The notes under the pieces: model-generated | What the model was told of the DNA's origin: nothing | Database searches by the model: none | Seen by the model: only the letters and a program-made list of their open reading frames with translations | Assembly (NCBI GenBank): GCA_045650645.1 | Contig: JAZRRJ010000026.1 | Coordinates: 4,704 to 68,703, forward strand | Length of the DNA stretch: 64,000 bases | Reading direction: 5' to 3' | Source of the DNA: Faecalimonas sp. | Lineage (GTDB): Bacteria; Bacillota; Clostridia; Lachnospirales; Lachnospiraceae | Program-made: the position numbers and the translations under genes | Shown here: in pieces, positions 19,854 to 30,913 of the stretch | Position numbering within the stretch: position 1 is the stretch's first letter | Layout: every line of letters starts with the position of its first letter

Positions 19854-21101
19854 ATGGCAGAAATGATTGAAACAAGAGAAACGAAAGAAAAAGTGATTCT
19901 AGTCGGTGTCAGCACCAGCGACCACGATGATACGGAAAAATCGTTAGATGAATTAGAGGAACTGGTAGCTACAGCAGGAGCCGTGACAGTAGGTAGAGTG
20001 ATTCAAAATTTGGATCAGATTCATCCGGGAACCTATGTGGGAAAAGGGAAATTAGAAGAGATTAAGGACCTACTTTGGGAAACGGAAGCGACTGGAATTA
20101 TTTGTGACGATGAGCTCTCGCCGATTCAACTGGGAAATATGGAAGATGCATTAGATACGAAAGTAATGGATCGTACTTTGATTATTCTAGATATTTTTGC
20201 GGGAAGAGCATCTACCAATGAAGGAAAGATTCAAGTAGAGCTTGCTCAATTAAAATACCGTCAATCCAGATTGACCGGCTTAGGGAAATCACTTTCGCGA
20301 CTTGGTGGTGGAATCGGAACAAGGGGTCCTGGTGAAAAGAAGTTGGAAATGGACCGAAGATTGATCCGTGACCGAATTGCACAGTTGAATCGTGAACTAA
20401 AAGATGTGAAACGTCATAGAGAGGTGACAAGAGAGCAAAGAAGCCGAAATAAGATTCCGGTAGTTGCAATTGTAGGATATACCAATGCGGGAAAATCCAC
20501 ATTGTTAAATACATTGACAGGAGCAGGTGTTTTGGAAGAGGATAAATTGTTCGCAACACTTGACCCTACTACTCGCAATTTAAAACTTCCAAGCAAGCAA
20601 GAAGTGTTGCTTACGGATACAGTAGGATTTATTCGAAAATTGCCACACCATTTGATTGAGGCCTTCCGAAGTACTTTGGAAGAAGCAAAATATGCGGATA
20701 TGATTTTGCATGTAGTGGATGCATCCAATCCGCAAGTGGACGAGCAAATGCATATTGTATACGAGACGCTTACTAATTTGGAAGTAAAAAACAAACCGAT
20801 TATTACAGCCTTTAATAAGCAGGACAGAATAAGTGGTGAAAGCATTTTGCGTGATTTTCATGCAGATCATATCGTGCGTATTTCAGCAAAACATGGAGAT
20901 GGATTGGATGAATTACAAGAGGTAATCGAAGAGGTCCTTCGTGGGCAGAAGGTGTTTATAGAGAAAGTTTATGATTATGCGGAAGCTGGGAAGATACAGA
21001 TGATTCGCAAGTATGGTGAATTGTTGCAAGAGGAATATCGAGAAAATGGTATTTTTGTACAGGGATATGTGCCTGCAGAAATTTACGAGAAGGTGAAATA
21101 G
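19854..21101 (+). CDS. hflX: ribosome-splitting GTPase HflX
   Basis: GYTNAGKST, LFATLD, DTVGFI, NKQD and RGPGEKKLE motifs. Confidence 0.97.
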   Translation: MAEMIETRETKEKVILVGVSTSDHDDTEKSLDELEELVATAGAVTVGRVIQNLDQIHPGTYVGKGKLEEIKDLLWETEATGIICDDELSPIQLGNMEDALDTKVMDRTLIILDIFAGRASTNEGKIQVELAQLKYRQSRLTGLGKSLSRLGGGIGTRGPGEKKLEMDRRLIRDRIAQLNRELKDVKRHREVTREQRSRNKIPVVAIVGYTNAGKSTLLNTLTGAGVLEEDKLFATLDPTTRNLKLPSKQEVLLTDTVGFIRKLPHHLIEAFRSTLEEAKYADMILHVVDASNPQVDEQMHIVYETLTNLEVKNKPIITAFNKQDRISGESILRDFHADHIVRISAKHGDGLDELQEVIEEVLRGQKVFIEKVYDYAEAGKIQMIRKYGELLQEEYRENGIFVQGYVPAEIYEKVK

Positions 21102-21106
21102 AAAGT

Positions 21107-21670
21107 ATGAAGCGATATCAGATTACAGAATGGTGTCATCGTTTTATTCGGGAGCATGTGCAGGAAGGGGACCTATGCATTGATGCAACGGCAGGGAATG
21201 GAAATGATACGTTGTTGTTGTGTGAACTCGTAGGTGAGACCGGAACGGTTCTTGCTTTTGATATTCAAGAAGAGGCAATTGCACATACAAAAGAACGATT
21301 AGAAAAAGCAGGCGTTGCTAAACGGGCGCAATTATATTTGGAAAGCCATGTAAAAATGGGAGAGTATGTACAAAAAGAGAGCGTCAGTTGTATGGTGTTT
21401 AATTTTGGGTATCTTCCGGGTGGAGACCACAGTTTGGCAACAAAGAAAGAGACAAGTGTGACGGCGGTGAAAGAAGGGCTTACACTTTTGAAAAAAGGTG
21501 GGATGATGAGCCTTTGTATCTACAGTGGAGGAGACAGCGGTTTTGAAGAGCGAGATGCTCTTTTAGAATTCGTAAAGAATCTAGACGGGAAACAGTATTT
21601 GGTGGTTGTAAGTTCTTATTATAATCGACCGAACAATCCGCCAATACCAGTCATGATTATCAAATTGTAA
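21107..21670 (+). CDS. mnmM: class I SAM-dependent methyltransferase, YtqB/MnmM-like (tRNA mnm5s2U)
   Basis: DATAGNGNDT, AFDIQ and FNFGYLPGGD motifs. Confidence 0.7.
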   Translation: MKRYQITEWCHRFIREHVQEGDLCIDATAGNGNDTLLLCELVGETGTVLAFDIQEEAIAHTKERLEKAGVAKRAQLYLESHVKMGEYVQKESVSCMVFNFGYLPGGDHSLATKKETSVTAVKEGLTLLKKGGMMSLCIYSGGDSGFEERDALLEFVKNLDGKQYLVVVSSYYNRPNNPPIPVMIIKL

Positions 21671-21694
21671 CTTAGAATAATCAGGAGGAAGAAG

Positions 21695-24600
21695 ATGAGT
21701 TTACAATTTATCATGGGGCCTTCCGGATCAGGAAAGTCCCATTATTTATATCAATGGGTGACGAAAGAATCTTTCAAGCATCCAAAGAAAAAGTACATTG
21801 TATTGGTGCCAGAACAGTTTACTATGCAGACGCAGAAAGACCTTGTTATGGCAAGTCCTAGAAAGGGAATCTTGAATGTAGAAGTTCTCAGTTTTCATAG
21901 ACTTGCACAACGTGTTTTTGAAGAGACCGGAGAAAATCATCGAACAATCTTAGATGATGTGGGTAAGAATTTTGTGATTCGAAAAATTGCCGGAGAGCAA
22001 GGGGAAGAACTGAAAGTGATCGGCAGCAATTTGCGAAAAGTGGGTTATATTAGCGAGGTAAAATCTATCATTTCCGAGTTTACCCAATATAATATTCAAC
22101 CAGAGCACTTGGGTGAGATGATGGAACAAATGAAAAAGAATCCAAATCTATACTATAAACTAAGTGACCTTAAAGTTGTATATGAAAGTTTTCGTGATTA
22201 TTTGAAAGAGAAGTACATTACAGGAGAAGAAGTCCTAGATGTGCTTTCTTCGGTTGCACACAAATCAAAACTGTTAAGAGATAGTGTCATTGTTCTGGAT
22301 GGATTTACTGGATTTACTCCGGTACAAAATAAACTTTTAAGTACATTGATGAGCCTTTGTGAAGAGGTACTTTTGACTGTTACAATGGATAAATCAGAGA
22401 ATCCATTTATCTACCAACATCCATATCAATTGTTTGCTTTGAGTAAACAGATGGTTGTAACGCTTGTGCATATGGCGGAAGAAAATAAAGTAGAAGTAAA
22501 AAGACCAATATACTTATTTGAAGAACCGGTCTATCGTTTTTGTGATAATAGACCGTTGGCTTTCATGGAGTCACGTTTGTTCCGCTATGGAAATAAAAGT
22601 TTTGAAGAGGAACAAGATGCGATTCAAGTGTGGTGCGCGAAAAACCCACGAGAAGAGATGGACTTTGTCGCGCAAAAAATTCGATATTTGGTGCGGACTG
22701 GTCAATGCAGATACCAAGATATCGCAATTCTTACAAGTGCATTAGATTGTTACGCAAGTCATATAGAACGAAGTTTTGAGCAATATGAAATTCCTGTTTT
22801 TATGGATCACAAGAGAAGTATATTGCTGAATTCTTGCGTGGAGTACATACGTAGTTTGCTTGTAATGGCAGAACAAAACTTTACTTATGAAAGTGTTTTT
22901 AGATACCTTCGTACCGGTCTTGTAGGAATTCACTGTGATGAAATAGATGTGCTGGAAAATTATGTTTTGGCACTCGGCATACAGGGGTATAAAAAGTGGC
23001 AGGAAAAATGGGTTCGCAGAACGAGAAAAATGTCAGTAGAAGAACTGGATAAAATCAATGATACCCGTGAAAAAATCATCAATTGTTTGGAACCGGTTAT
23101 GGCGGTGCTGAAGAGTCGGAAAAAGACCGTACTAGATGTGACACGTGCGTTGCATAGTTTCTTTCTGCAGAACGAGTTACAATTGCATGTAAAAGAATAT
23201 CAATTAAAATTCGAAGCAGAGGGAGAACTTGCATTGGCAAAGGAATATGCGCAAGTTTATCGCATTGTAATCGAATTGCTAGATCAATTTGTAGAGTTGT
23301 TAGGAGATGAAACGATTTCCTTAAAAGAATACTGTGAACTGCTTGATGCCGGACTTGAAGAAGCGAAAGTAGGTGTGATACCACCAAGCTTAGATCAGGT
23401 TATGGTAGGAGATGTGGAACGAAGCCGTATCAAAGATGTGAAAGTAGTGTTCTTAGTAGGTGTGAGTGACAATCATCTTCCGGGTAGTATGTCGGGAGGA
23501 GGATTCCTAACAGAATATGACCGTCAAATGCTTACAGAGACCGGAACAGTATTGGCACCAGGTACGAAAGAAAAAATATATATTCAGAAATTTTATCTAT
23601 ACTTGATTTTAACAAAACCAACGAATCAAGTGTATTTGACATACAGTAAAAGCAATTCGGATGGGAATTCTTCTCGACCATCTTATTTGGTGACAGAGAT
23701 TGTAAAATTGTTCCCGAAATTGTGTGTTCAGAATGTGCCTTCCGAGATTCGAAAAAAAGAATTTACCCCACAAAGCGGTGTGGCTTCTTTAATCGAAGGA
23801 TTGCAACAACGAGAGAATGGTTTGAATGTAGAGTGGCAAGAATTATACACCTGGTATAAAAAGCAGGAGGAGTGGCAAGAAAAAATTGACCGTATTCTAG
23901 AAGCAACATTCTATGAAAATCCGAATCATACATTGACAAGAGAAACTGCAAAACAATTGTATGGCGATGTTTTAGATAATAGTGTTACCCGTTTGGAAAA
24001 ATTTTCAAAGTGTGCGTATTCCCATTTTCTATCCTATGGTTTGCGTTTGAGAGAACGGGAAGAATATCAGTTCCAAGGACTGGATTTTGGAACATTGTTT
24101 CACTCATCTATAGAAAAGTTTTCACGTAAAGTTGAAAAGAGCGAATGGTCGTGGACCGATTTGCCGGAGCAATCTCAGGAAGAACTCATACAACAAAGTG
24201 TGGAAGAGAGTGTTGTGGATTATGGGAATTCCATTCTGTATAGTTCTGCGCGAAATGAATATATGATTTTGCGGTTGAAACGACTGCTCAGACGGACGGT
24301 GTGGGCAATGAGGCAACAATTGCAGAAAGGTGATTTTGTACCAGACGGTTACGAAGTAGTATTTAATTATTTAAAGGGCCTTCGTTTATCGAATGTAGAC
24401 CTGGGAGAATTAGGAAAACTTCGTTTGAATGGAAAAATTGACCGCGTAGATGTATGCGAAGATGAGCAAAACGTATATGTGAAAATTGTTGATTATAAAA
24501 CGGATACCACCAAGTTCGATTGGAGTGAACTTTGTCATGGTCTTCAGATACAATTATTTGTTTATATGAAAGCGGCAATGGAACTACAGGCAATGAAATC

Positions 24601-25126
24601 TCCGGATAAGCAGATTGTGCCGGCAGGGGCTCTTTATTATGGCGCGGTGGATCCGATTGTATCCGATCAGAACGACTTGGAAAAGGTCGAGACGGAAATT
24701 CTAAAAAGCCTAAAGCCACTTGGAGTGATTCAAAATGATGAAACGATTGTTTGTCATTTAGATAGAGAGTTTACGAAGAGTTCACAAGTGATACCTGTAG
24801 CACGCGACAAGGAGGGCGCTATAAAAGCCACGGATGCAGTTGTGACTGCAGAAGAATTTGAACTTGTAGGAGATTATATTGAACATCAAATCCAAAAGAT
24901 TGGAAAGCAGATTTTGGAAGGGCAAGCAGAAATAGCACCGCACAAACTTGGAAGTCATACAGGATGTGAATATTGTCCGTATCAATCCGTTTGTGGATTT
25001 GAAGAAAAAGTGCCAGGATACCAATACCGAGAATTAGAGAAAATGGATAAACAGAAAGCTGTGGAAAAAATGCGTGAGGAGGTGGATACATGGGAATTGA
25101 ATTTACAAGAGAACAACAGCAAGTAA
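21695..25126 (+). CDS. addB: ATP-dependent helicase/nuclease subunit B
   Basis: GPSGSGKS, VPEQF, LDGFTGFTP; Fe-S cysteines (FSKCAY; CEYCPYQSVC); nuclease GKIDRVD..IVDYK. Confidence 0.95.
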   Translation: MSLQFIMGPSGSGKSHYLYQWVTKESFKHPKKKYIVLVPEQFTMQTQKDLVMASPRKGILNVEVLSFHRLAQRVFEETGENHRTILDDVGKNFVIRKIAGEQGEELKVIGSNLRKVGYISEVKSIISEFTQYNIQPEHLGEMMEQMKKNPNLYYKLSDLKVVYESFRDYLKEKYITGEEVLDVLSSVAHKSKLLRDSVIVLDGFTGFTPVQNKLLSTLMSLCEEVLLTVTMDKSENPFIYQHPYQLFALSKQMVVTLVHMAEENKVEVKRPIYLFEEPVYRFCDNRPLAFMESRLFRYGNKSFEEEQDAIQVWCAKNPREEMDFVAQKIRYLVRTGQCRYQDIAILTSALDCYASHIERSFEQYEIPVFMDHKRSILLNSCVEYIRSLLVMAEQNFTYESVFRYLRTGLVGIHCDEIDVLENYVLALGIQGYKKWQEKWVRRTRKMSVEELDKINDTREKIINCLEPVMAVLKSRKKTVLDVTRALHSFFLQNELQLHVKEYQLKFEAEGELALAKEYAQVYRIVIELLDQFVELLGDETISLKEYCELLDAGLEEAKVGVIPPSLDQVMVGDVERSRIKDVKVVFLVGVSDNHLPGSMSGGGFLTEYDRQMLTETGTVLAPGTKEKIYIQKFYLYLILTKPTNQVYLTYSKSNSDGNSSRPSYLVTEIVKLFPKLCVQNVPSEIRKKEFTPQSGVASLIEGLQQRENGLNVEWQELYTWYKKQEEWQEKIDRILEATFYENPNHTLTRETAKQLYGDVLDNSVTRLEKFSKCAYSHFLSYGLRLREREEYQFQGLDFGTLFHSSIEKFSRKVEKSEWSWTDLPEQSQEELIQQSVEESVVDYGNSILYSSARNEYMILRLKRLLRRTVWAMRQQLQKGDFVPDGYEVVFNYLKGLRLSNVDLGELGKLRLNGKIDRVDVCEDEQNVYVKIVDYKTDTTKFDWSELCHGLQIQLFVYMKAAMELQAMKSPDKQIVPAGALYYGAVDPIVSDQNDLEKVETEILKSLKPLGVIQNDETIVCHLDREFTKSSQVIPVARDKEGAIKATDAVVTAEEFELVGDYIEHQIQKIGKQILEGQAEIAPHKLGSHTGCEYCPYQSVCGFEEKVPGYQYRELEKMDKQKAVEKMREEVDTWELNLQENNSK

Positions 25127-28100
25127 TTGATCTTCGTGATTGCAATCTCTTAGTATCCGCAGCAGCAGGTTCAGGGAAAACGGCTGTGTTGGTAGGACGT
25201 ATTATTGAGCGGCTTACAAAAGATCAGCCGCCACTTAATGTGGATGAACTTTTAGTTGTAACATATACAGATGCTGCAGCAGCTGAGATGAAAGAGCGTA
25301 TTCACGCAGCTATTGAAAAAGCGTTGGAGGAGCAATCGGATAATGAGCATCTTCAACGACAGACAGCGTTGATTCATCAGGCAAATATCTCCACAATGCA
25401 CACATTTTGCATGTCAGTTATTCGAGAGAATTTTCATTTAATCGGATTGGATTCTGGAGTTCGTGTAGGAGAAAGTGGAGAAATTGAACTGTTGAAGCAG
25501 GATGTGTTGAAGCAGGTGCTAGAAGAAGCCTATCAGAAGGCGACACCGGAGTTTCTCTTTTTCGTAGAATGTTATGCTCCTAAGAAGAGCGACTACCAAT
25601 TAGAAGATTTGATCTTGAATTTGCATAAAGCCTCAGAAAGTCATCCGAATCCGACGAGGTGGCTTGATGAATGTGTAAAACAATACGAACTTTCGAATGA
25701 AAAAGAATTAAATGAAAAAGAATTTGCAAAAACCCTTGTAGCCGATCTTCAAAAAGAGTTTGTAGATTGGAAAATGCGAATGGAATTTTGTATAGAAATT
25801 TGTGAATCCGAAGAAGGGCCTTTGAGCTATAAAGAGAATTTATTGTCAGATATTCTTCAATTAGAACGATTTGCAGAAGCGGATTCTTTTACAAAGATGC
25901 AAGCGGAATTACAAAATTATAAATGGCAGACTTTGACACCAAAGAAGAAGGCCGACATCGTATCGGAAGAAAAGCAAAAACAAGTGCGTGGTTTGCGAGA
26001 TGATATGAAAGAAAGAGTGAAAGAGATCAAGGAGGATTACTTCAAAGATTCTTTCGAAGAAATCAAGGCGAGCATGAATGCTGCTGGGAAAAATGTAGCA
26101 GTTCTTGTGGAATTGGTGAAACGATTTTCAGAGGAATTCACAGATGAGAAGCGGAAGAAAAATGTAATTGATTTCAATGACATGGAGCATTTTGCACTCA
26201 AGATTCTGACAAAAGAGTTGGATGGGAAATTTGTGCCAAGCGAAGTGGCAGAAGGATATCAAGAGAAATTCGCAGAGATTATGATTGATGAATATCAAGA
26301 TATCAACTTGTTGCAAGAAGAAATCATGAAAAGTATTTCAGGTGTTTCAAATGGAAAACACAACCTTTTTATGGTAGGGGATGTAAAACAGAGTATTTAT
26401 CGTTTCCGTTTGGCGCGTCCAGAATTGTTTTTGAAAAAATATCAAGAGTATGATTTGGAAACGGGAAAAGAAAGGCGTGTAGATTTAAGTAAAAACTTTC
26501 GAAGTAGGCGTGAAGTCCTTGATAGCACCAATTTTGTGTTTGAACAAATCATGACTGTTGGTTTGGGCGGCATTGCATATGATGATAAAGCGGCTCTATA
26601 TGTAGGTGCAAATTATGAGGAACAGCCAAATAATGAGACAGAACTTCTCTTGCTTGATTTGCCAGGATATAAAGCAGAGCAAAGAATGGAGTTAGAGGGA
26701 GATGTCATTGCAAAAAGAATCAAAGAATTAAAAGAAAATCATCAAGTGCTTGATAAAAAGACGGGGACTTATCGAAAGGTTCGTTATAGCGATATTGTGA
26801 TTTTGACTAGAAGTCCAAAACACTGGAATAAACCATTGGCAAAGGCATTGAATCAAGCAGGTATTCCGACGTATATGAACTCGAAAGAAGGATATTTCCA
26901 AACGTATGAAATTCAGTTGGTTTTAAACTATTTGAGGATTTTGGATAATCCAAGACAGGACATTCCGTTGACTTCGGTGCTGACTTCCACATTTGGAAAT
27001 TTCGCAGCAGAAGAGTTGGCCTTGATACAAAGTCATACAAAAGGTAACACCATGTATGAAAACATACTTGGGTATCTGGAAAATGGAGAAGATGCCAAGA
27101 TAAAACAGCATTTGCAAATGTTCATGGAACTGTTTGAACGATTTCGAAATATGGTTCCGTACACGGCGATTCATGTATTGCTTTGGCGTCTCATGGAAGA
27201 AAGCGGTTACTTGGACTATATGGCTGCATTCCCGAATGGGGAACAGCGCATTGCTAATCTAGAAATGTTGATTGAAAAGGCAGTTGCATTTGAGGGAACC
27301 AGTTATAAAGGCCTGTTTAATTTTGTTCGTTATATGGAGCAAATTGAAAAGTATGAAATTGATTTTGGTGAGGCAAATCTTATGGATGACCAGATGGACG
27401 TTGTAACACTGATGAGCATGCATAAGAGTAAAGGTCTAGAATTTCCAGTTGTATTCGTCGCTGGTTTAGGAAAACAGATCAGTAGAAAAGATATTGAGAA
27501 AAATATTTTATATCATTCTGATTGGGGAATCGGAATGGAACAAATTGATCCGATTATGAGAACCAAAAGAACAACGTTGCTAAAGGAGGCCATCGCGCAG
27601 AAACTTCATGCAGAATTAGACGCCGAGGAACTGCGTGTACTATATGTGGCTATGACTCGAGCAAAGGAAAAGATGATTATCACGGGTGGGGTGTCGAACC
27701 TAGAAAAACGGTTGCAAAATTTTGAGATATTAAAGAACCACTGTGAGACAACACTTCCTTACCGAAATTTATCAAAGGCAAATGATGCAATGGAATGGTT
27801 GCTGGCTGCACTGTATCGCAATCAATGTTTTACGCCTGTACGGGAAGATTATAGTATCACTGCACCGTTTCAAAATCCGTTGTTTTTCTGTGAAATACCA
27901 ATGAAGGTGAAGCGAATTTCCATCGAGGAAATTATGAAACAAGAAATTGAAGAAGTGTACAAAGAAGGAATTACACGAGAAATCTTGAAACAATGGGGTA
28001 CAGAAGAAACCTATGATGCGGACATAAGGGAGCAATTGGAACAACAATTTACGTATTCGTATCCGTATCAGCAAGAACAAAAAATCAAACAGAAACTTTC

Positions 28101-28725
28101 TGTATCGGAATTGAAAAAGCAAATTTATGAGGATGAAGAAGGAGAAGATGCGTATCGTGAGGAAGACGTGATTCCGTTGTTGCCAAAATTCATTCAAGAA
28201 GACGAAACATTAACGGGTGCTTTTCGAGGAACAGCATACCATAAATTAATGGAGTCGTTAGATTTTACAAAAGAATACGATGAGACTCTTTTGCGAATGG
28301 AAATGCTTCAGATGCAAGAAAAGGGAATTTTAACTGAAAAAATGAGTTCTTGTATTCAAGTGAAAGATATCCTGAAGTTTTTACAATCTGATATAGGAAA
28401 ACGCATGAAACTAGCTAGCCAAAAAGGAAACTGTTTTGCAGAACAGCCATTTGTGATGGGAATGCCTGCAAGAATTGTATATCCAGACAGTGAATCAGAC
28501 GAGATTGTCTTAGTACAGGGAATTATTGATGCCTACTTCGAAGAAGAGGGGCAGTTGGTTGTTGTCGACTATAAGACAGATCGTGTATTTTCGGCTGCGG
28601 AATTAAAAAACAAATACCTTTCGCAATTGGAATATTACGCGGAAGCCCTCGAAAGATTGACTGGAAAAGTGGTAAAAGAAAAGCGGATTTATTCTTTTGC
28701 ATTACACAAGGAAATCGCATTGTAG
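25090..28725 (+). CDS. addA: ATP-dependent helicase/nuclease subunit A
   Basis: AAAGSGKT, IDEYQD, VGDVKQSIYRFR, HKSKGLEF, LYVAMTRA and QGIID..VDYKT motifs. Confidence 0.96.
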   Translation: MGIEFTREQQQVIDLRDCNLLVSAAAGSGKTAVLVGRIIERLTKDQPPLNVDELLVVTYTDAAAAEMKERIHAAIEKALEEQSDNEHLQRQTALIHQANISTMHTFCMSVIRENFHLIGLDSGVRVGESGEIELLKQDVLKQVLEEAYQKATPEFLFFVECYAPKKSDYQLEDLILNLHKASESHPNPTRWLDECVKQYELSNEKELNEKEFAKTLVADLQKEFVDWKMRMEFCIEICESEEGPLSYKENLLSDILQLERFAEADSFTKMQAELQNYKWQTLTPKKKADIVSEEKQKQVRGLRDDMKERVKEIKEDYFKDSFEEIKASMNAAGKNVAVLVELVKRFSEEFTDEKRKKNVIDFNDMEHFALKILTKELDGKFVPSEVAEGYQEKFAEIMIDEYQDINLLQEEIMKSISGVSNGKHNLFMVGDVKQSIYRFRLARPELFLKKYQEYDLETGKERRVDLSKNFRSRREVLDSTNFVFEQIMTVGLGGIAYDDKAALYVGANYEEQPNNETELLLLDLPGYKAEQRMELEGDVIAKRIKELKENHQVLDKKTGTYRKVRYSDIVILTRSPKHWNKPLAKALNQAGIPTYMNSKEGYFQTYEIQLVLNYLRILDNPRQDIPLTSVLTSTFGNFAAEELALIQSHTKGNTMYENILGYLENGEDAKIKQHLQMFMELFERFRNMVPYTAIHVLLWRLMEESGYLDYMAAFPNGEQRIANLEMLIEKAVAFEGTSYKGLFNFVRYMEQIEKYEIDFGEANLMDDQMDVVTLMSMHKSKGLEFPVVFVAGLGKQISRKDIEKNILYHSDWGIGMEQIDPIMRTKRTTLLKEAIAQKLHAELDAEELRVLYVAMTRAKEKMIITGGVSNLEKRLQNFEILKNHCETTLPYRNLSKANDAMEWLLAALYRNQCFTPVREDYSITAPFQNPLFFCEIPMKVKRISIEEIMKQEIEEVYKEGITREILKQWGTEETYDADIREQLEQQFTYSYPYQQEQKIKQKLSVSELKKQIYEDEEGEDAYREEDVIPLLPKFIQEDETLTGAFRGTAYHKLMESLDFTKEYDETLLRMEMLQMQEKGILTEKMSSCIQVKDILKFLQSDIGKRMKLASQKGNCFAEQPFVMGMPARIVYPDSESDEIVLVQGIIDAYFEEEGQLVVVDYKTDRVFSAAELKNKYLSQLEYYAEALERLTGKVVKEKRIYSFALHKEIAL

Positions 28726-28781
28726 CAGAAGAAAATTTGTTAGGATTGTGCAATAAAATCGAATAAAAATACAAAAACAGG

Positions 28782-28813
28782 AAATCCTCTTCCAAAAGGG
28801 AAGGGGATTTTTT
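28782..28813 (+). terminator. hairpin with T-tract after addA that contains the RBS of the downstream spore gene
   Basis: aaatcctcttcc-aaaag-ggaaggggattt, then ttt and ATG. Confidence 0.6.
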
Positions 28814-29005
28814 ATGTCTAAAAAAAAGAAGATTAGTTTGGAAGAACTTACGGAAGAAGAAAAAATGAAATATGAAATAGCAAAAGAATTGGGGCTGTTA
28901 GACCGAGTACTCGAAGAGGGGTGGCGCTCCTTGTCTTCAAAAGAAACTGGAAAAATCGGAGGGTTGGTTACGAAGAAGCGAAGAGAAATGAAAGTTGCGA
29001 AATAG
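28814..29005 (+). CDS. small acid-soluble spore protein, alpha/beta-type (SspF-like)
   Basis: KYEIAKELGL...GWRSLSSKETGKIGG. Confidence 0.85.
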   Translation: MSKKKKISLEELTEEEKMKYEIAKELGLLDRVLEEGWRSLSSKETGKIGGLVTKKRREMKVAK

Positions 29006-29053
29006 AAAAAAATCTGTTATACTCAAACAGTTGGGGAATATACAGGTGAGATT

Positions 29054-29728
29054 ATGAATGAGAAAATAGAAGTATTAGGATTACAAATGAATAATCTGAA
29101 TGCCAAAGGTGCATTAAAAACTGTCATGTCTTATATGGAAACGGAACCGGTAAATGTCATAGAGATGGTTACTATGAATACGATTGCAAAGTTTCAAGAA
29201 ATGGACAATTCCAATGAGGTGTTTGGTACACTTGACTTGGCATTGGCAAGTGATAAAGGAATCTTGCAGGCGGCTGGAGTTACGGAAGAACGCCAATTAA
29301 AAGAAGTAGAAGAACTATTATTTATTAAGATGGTTTTGCGCTATTTTCATAAGAATAGTATTCGAGTATTTCTTTTGACAGAAACAGCAGAAGATTTGCA
29401 GAAATTAGAAGTGTACATGGAAGAAGATTATGCAAATATTCAAGTTGTGGAAACAGCAACAATGGAAGAGCAGGGAACTTCGGATGACATGTTGTTGAAT
29501 TTAATCAATGGTGCTGAGGCAGCGTGTGTGTTATCAGCATTGCCGTCTCCGATGGAAGAGCAATTTATTTCCCGAAACAAGTTATTGGTGAATGCGAGAG
29601 TGTGGTTGGGACTTGGAAATTTACTGGATGAAATGAAAAAAGAGAAAACAACGTTTCAAAAAGTAAAGGAATTTGTTCTAAGACAACTTTTAAAGAAAGA
29701 AATGGCTAAAAAAGGGGAAAATGCATAA
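29054..29728 (+). CDS. WecB/TagA/CpsF family glycosyltransferase-like protein (degenerate)
   Basis: N-terminus IEVLGLQM, VFLL and LPSPMEEQFI (cf. GxPKQE) follow the TagA layout. Confidence 0.6.
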   Translation: MNEKIEVLGLQMNNLNAKGALKTVMSYMETEPVNVIEMVTMNTIAKFQEMDNSNEVFGTLDLALASDKGILQAAGVTEERQLKEVEELLFIKMVLRYFHKNSIRVFLLTETAEDLQKLEVYMEEDYANIQVVETATMEEQGTSDDMLLNLINGAEAACVLSALPSPMEEQFISRNKLLVNARVWLGLGNLLDEMKKEKTTFQKVKEFVLRQLLKKEMAKKGENA

Positions 29729-29807
29729 AAAAATGCGTTTATCCCCTTTATTTTTTTGTGATTTTGCATTAATATGAAGAAAGGTTACTAGTTATGGAGG
29801 AATACAA

Positions 29808-30896
29808 ATGATATCAAATCAAATACTTCAAAGTACAGTTGAAGGATTGCAAGAAATTACAAAATTTGATTTGTGCGTGATGGATGTAGAAGGAAAATAT
29901 CTGGCAGGCACTCGTGGTAAAGTAGAACTGTTGACAAAACATGCATTTGACTTTATGCAATCGGCAGATGATGAAGGCAAGCGAGGCGGTTATTGGCTGT
30001 TTAAAATATATGACGAATATCAACCAGAGTACATATTGGCTGTGTTTGGGGAGAGTGAAGAAGCGAAAAAAATCGGGGAAATCACAGTGTTCCAAATCCA
30101 AAGTTTGCTTATTGCCTACAGAGAGCGTTTTGATAATGACAACTTTTTCAAGAGTCTTATTCTCGACAACTTATTGTTGGTAGATATTTACAATCGTGCA
30201 AAAAAATTGCATATTGACACCGAAGCGAAACGTGTTATCTTTATTGTTGAAATGCCGGCAGGAAAAGAAGCTGCTTTATTAGAAAAAGTAAGAACAATTC
30301 TTTCAAATAAGAGCAAAGATTTTATTACTGCTGTAGATGAAAAGAATGTGATTGTGATACGTGAAGTTGGAACGCAAATTGGATATCAAGTCATTGAAGA
30401 TTATGCTAGAGGAATATTAAAGACGTTAGAAAAAACGGAAGAAAAAGGATTCCACGTTGCATACGGAACTATTGCTAGTGATATTAAAGAAGTTTCGAAA
30501 TCATACAAAGAAGCACGACTGGCACTTGATGTAGGAAAAATCTTTTTCAATGGAAAGAGTGTGATTGCATATAACACATTAGGAATTGGACGTTTGATTT
30601 ATCAATTACCGATTCCTCTTTGTAAAATGTTTATCCGAGAAATTTTTGAGGGGAAATCACCGGATGATTTTGACGAGGAAACACTGATGACTATTGATAA
30701 GTTTTTTGAAAACAGCTTGAATGTTTCAGAAACTTCCAGACAGCTGTTTATTCACAGAAATACGTTGGTCTATCGATTGGACAAGATTCAAAAGATGACA
30801 GGATTAGATCTTCGCGTATTTGAGGATGCCATTACATTTAAAATTGCGTTGATGGTTGTGAAATATATGAATTACATGGAAACATTGGAGTATTAA
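29808..30896 (+). CDS. CdaR/PucR family transcriptional regulator
   Basis: C-terminal NVSETSRQLFIHRNTLVYRLDKI HTH and SYKEA motif. Confidence 0.9.
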   Translation: MISNQILQSTVEGLQEITKFDLCVMDVEGKYLAGTRGKVELLTKHAFDFMQSADDEGKRGGYWLFKIYDEYQPEYILAVFGESEEAKKIGEITVFQIQSLLIAYRERFDNDNFFKSLILDNLLLVDIYNRAKKLHIDTEAKRVIFIVEMPAGKEAALLEKVRTILSNKSKDFITAVDEKNVIVIREVGTQIGYQVIEDYARGILKTLEKTEEKGFHVAYGTIASDIKEVSKSYKEARLALDVGKIFFNGKSVIAYNTLGIGRLIYQLPIPLCKMFIREIFEGKSPDDFDEETLMTIDKFFENSLNVSETSRQLFIHRNTLVYRLDKIQKMTGLDLRVFEDAITFKIALMVVKYMNYMETLEY

Positions 30897-30913
30897 TAAT
30901 TAAGGAGGAGCGT

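Noticed and set aside
21695-28725. Helicase-nuclease pair as a novel defence system
   Set aside because: All motifs match housekeeping AddAB
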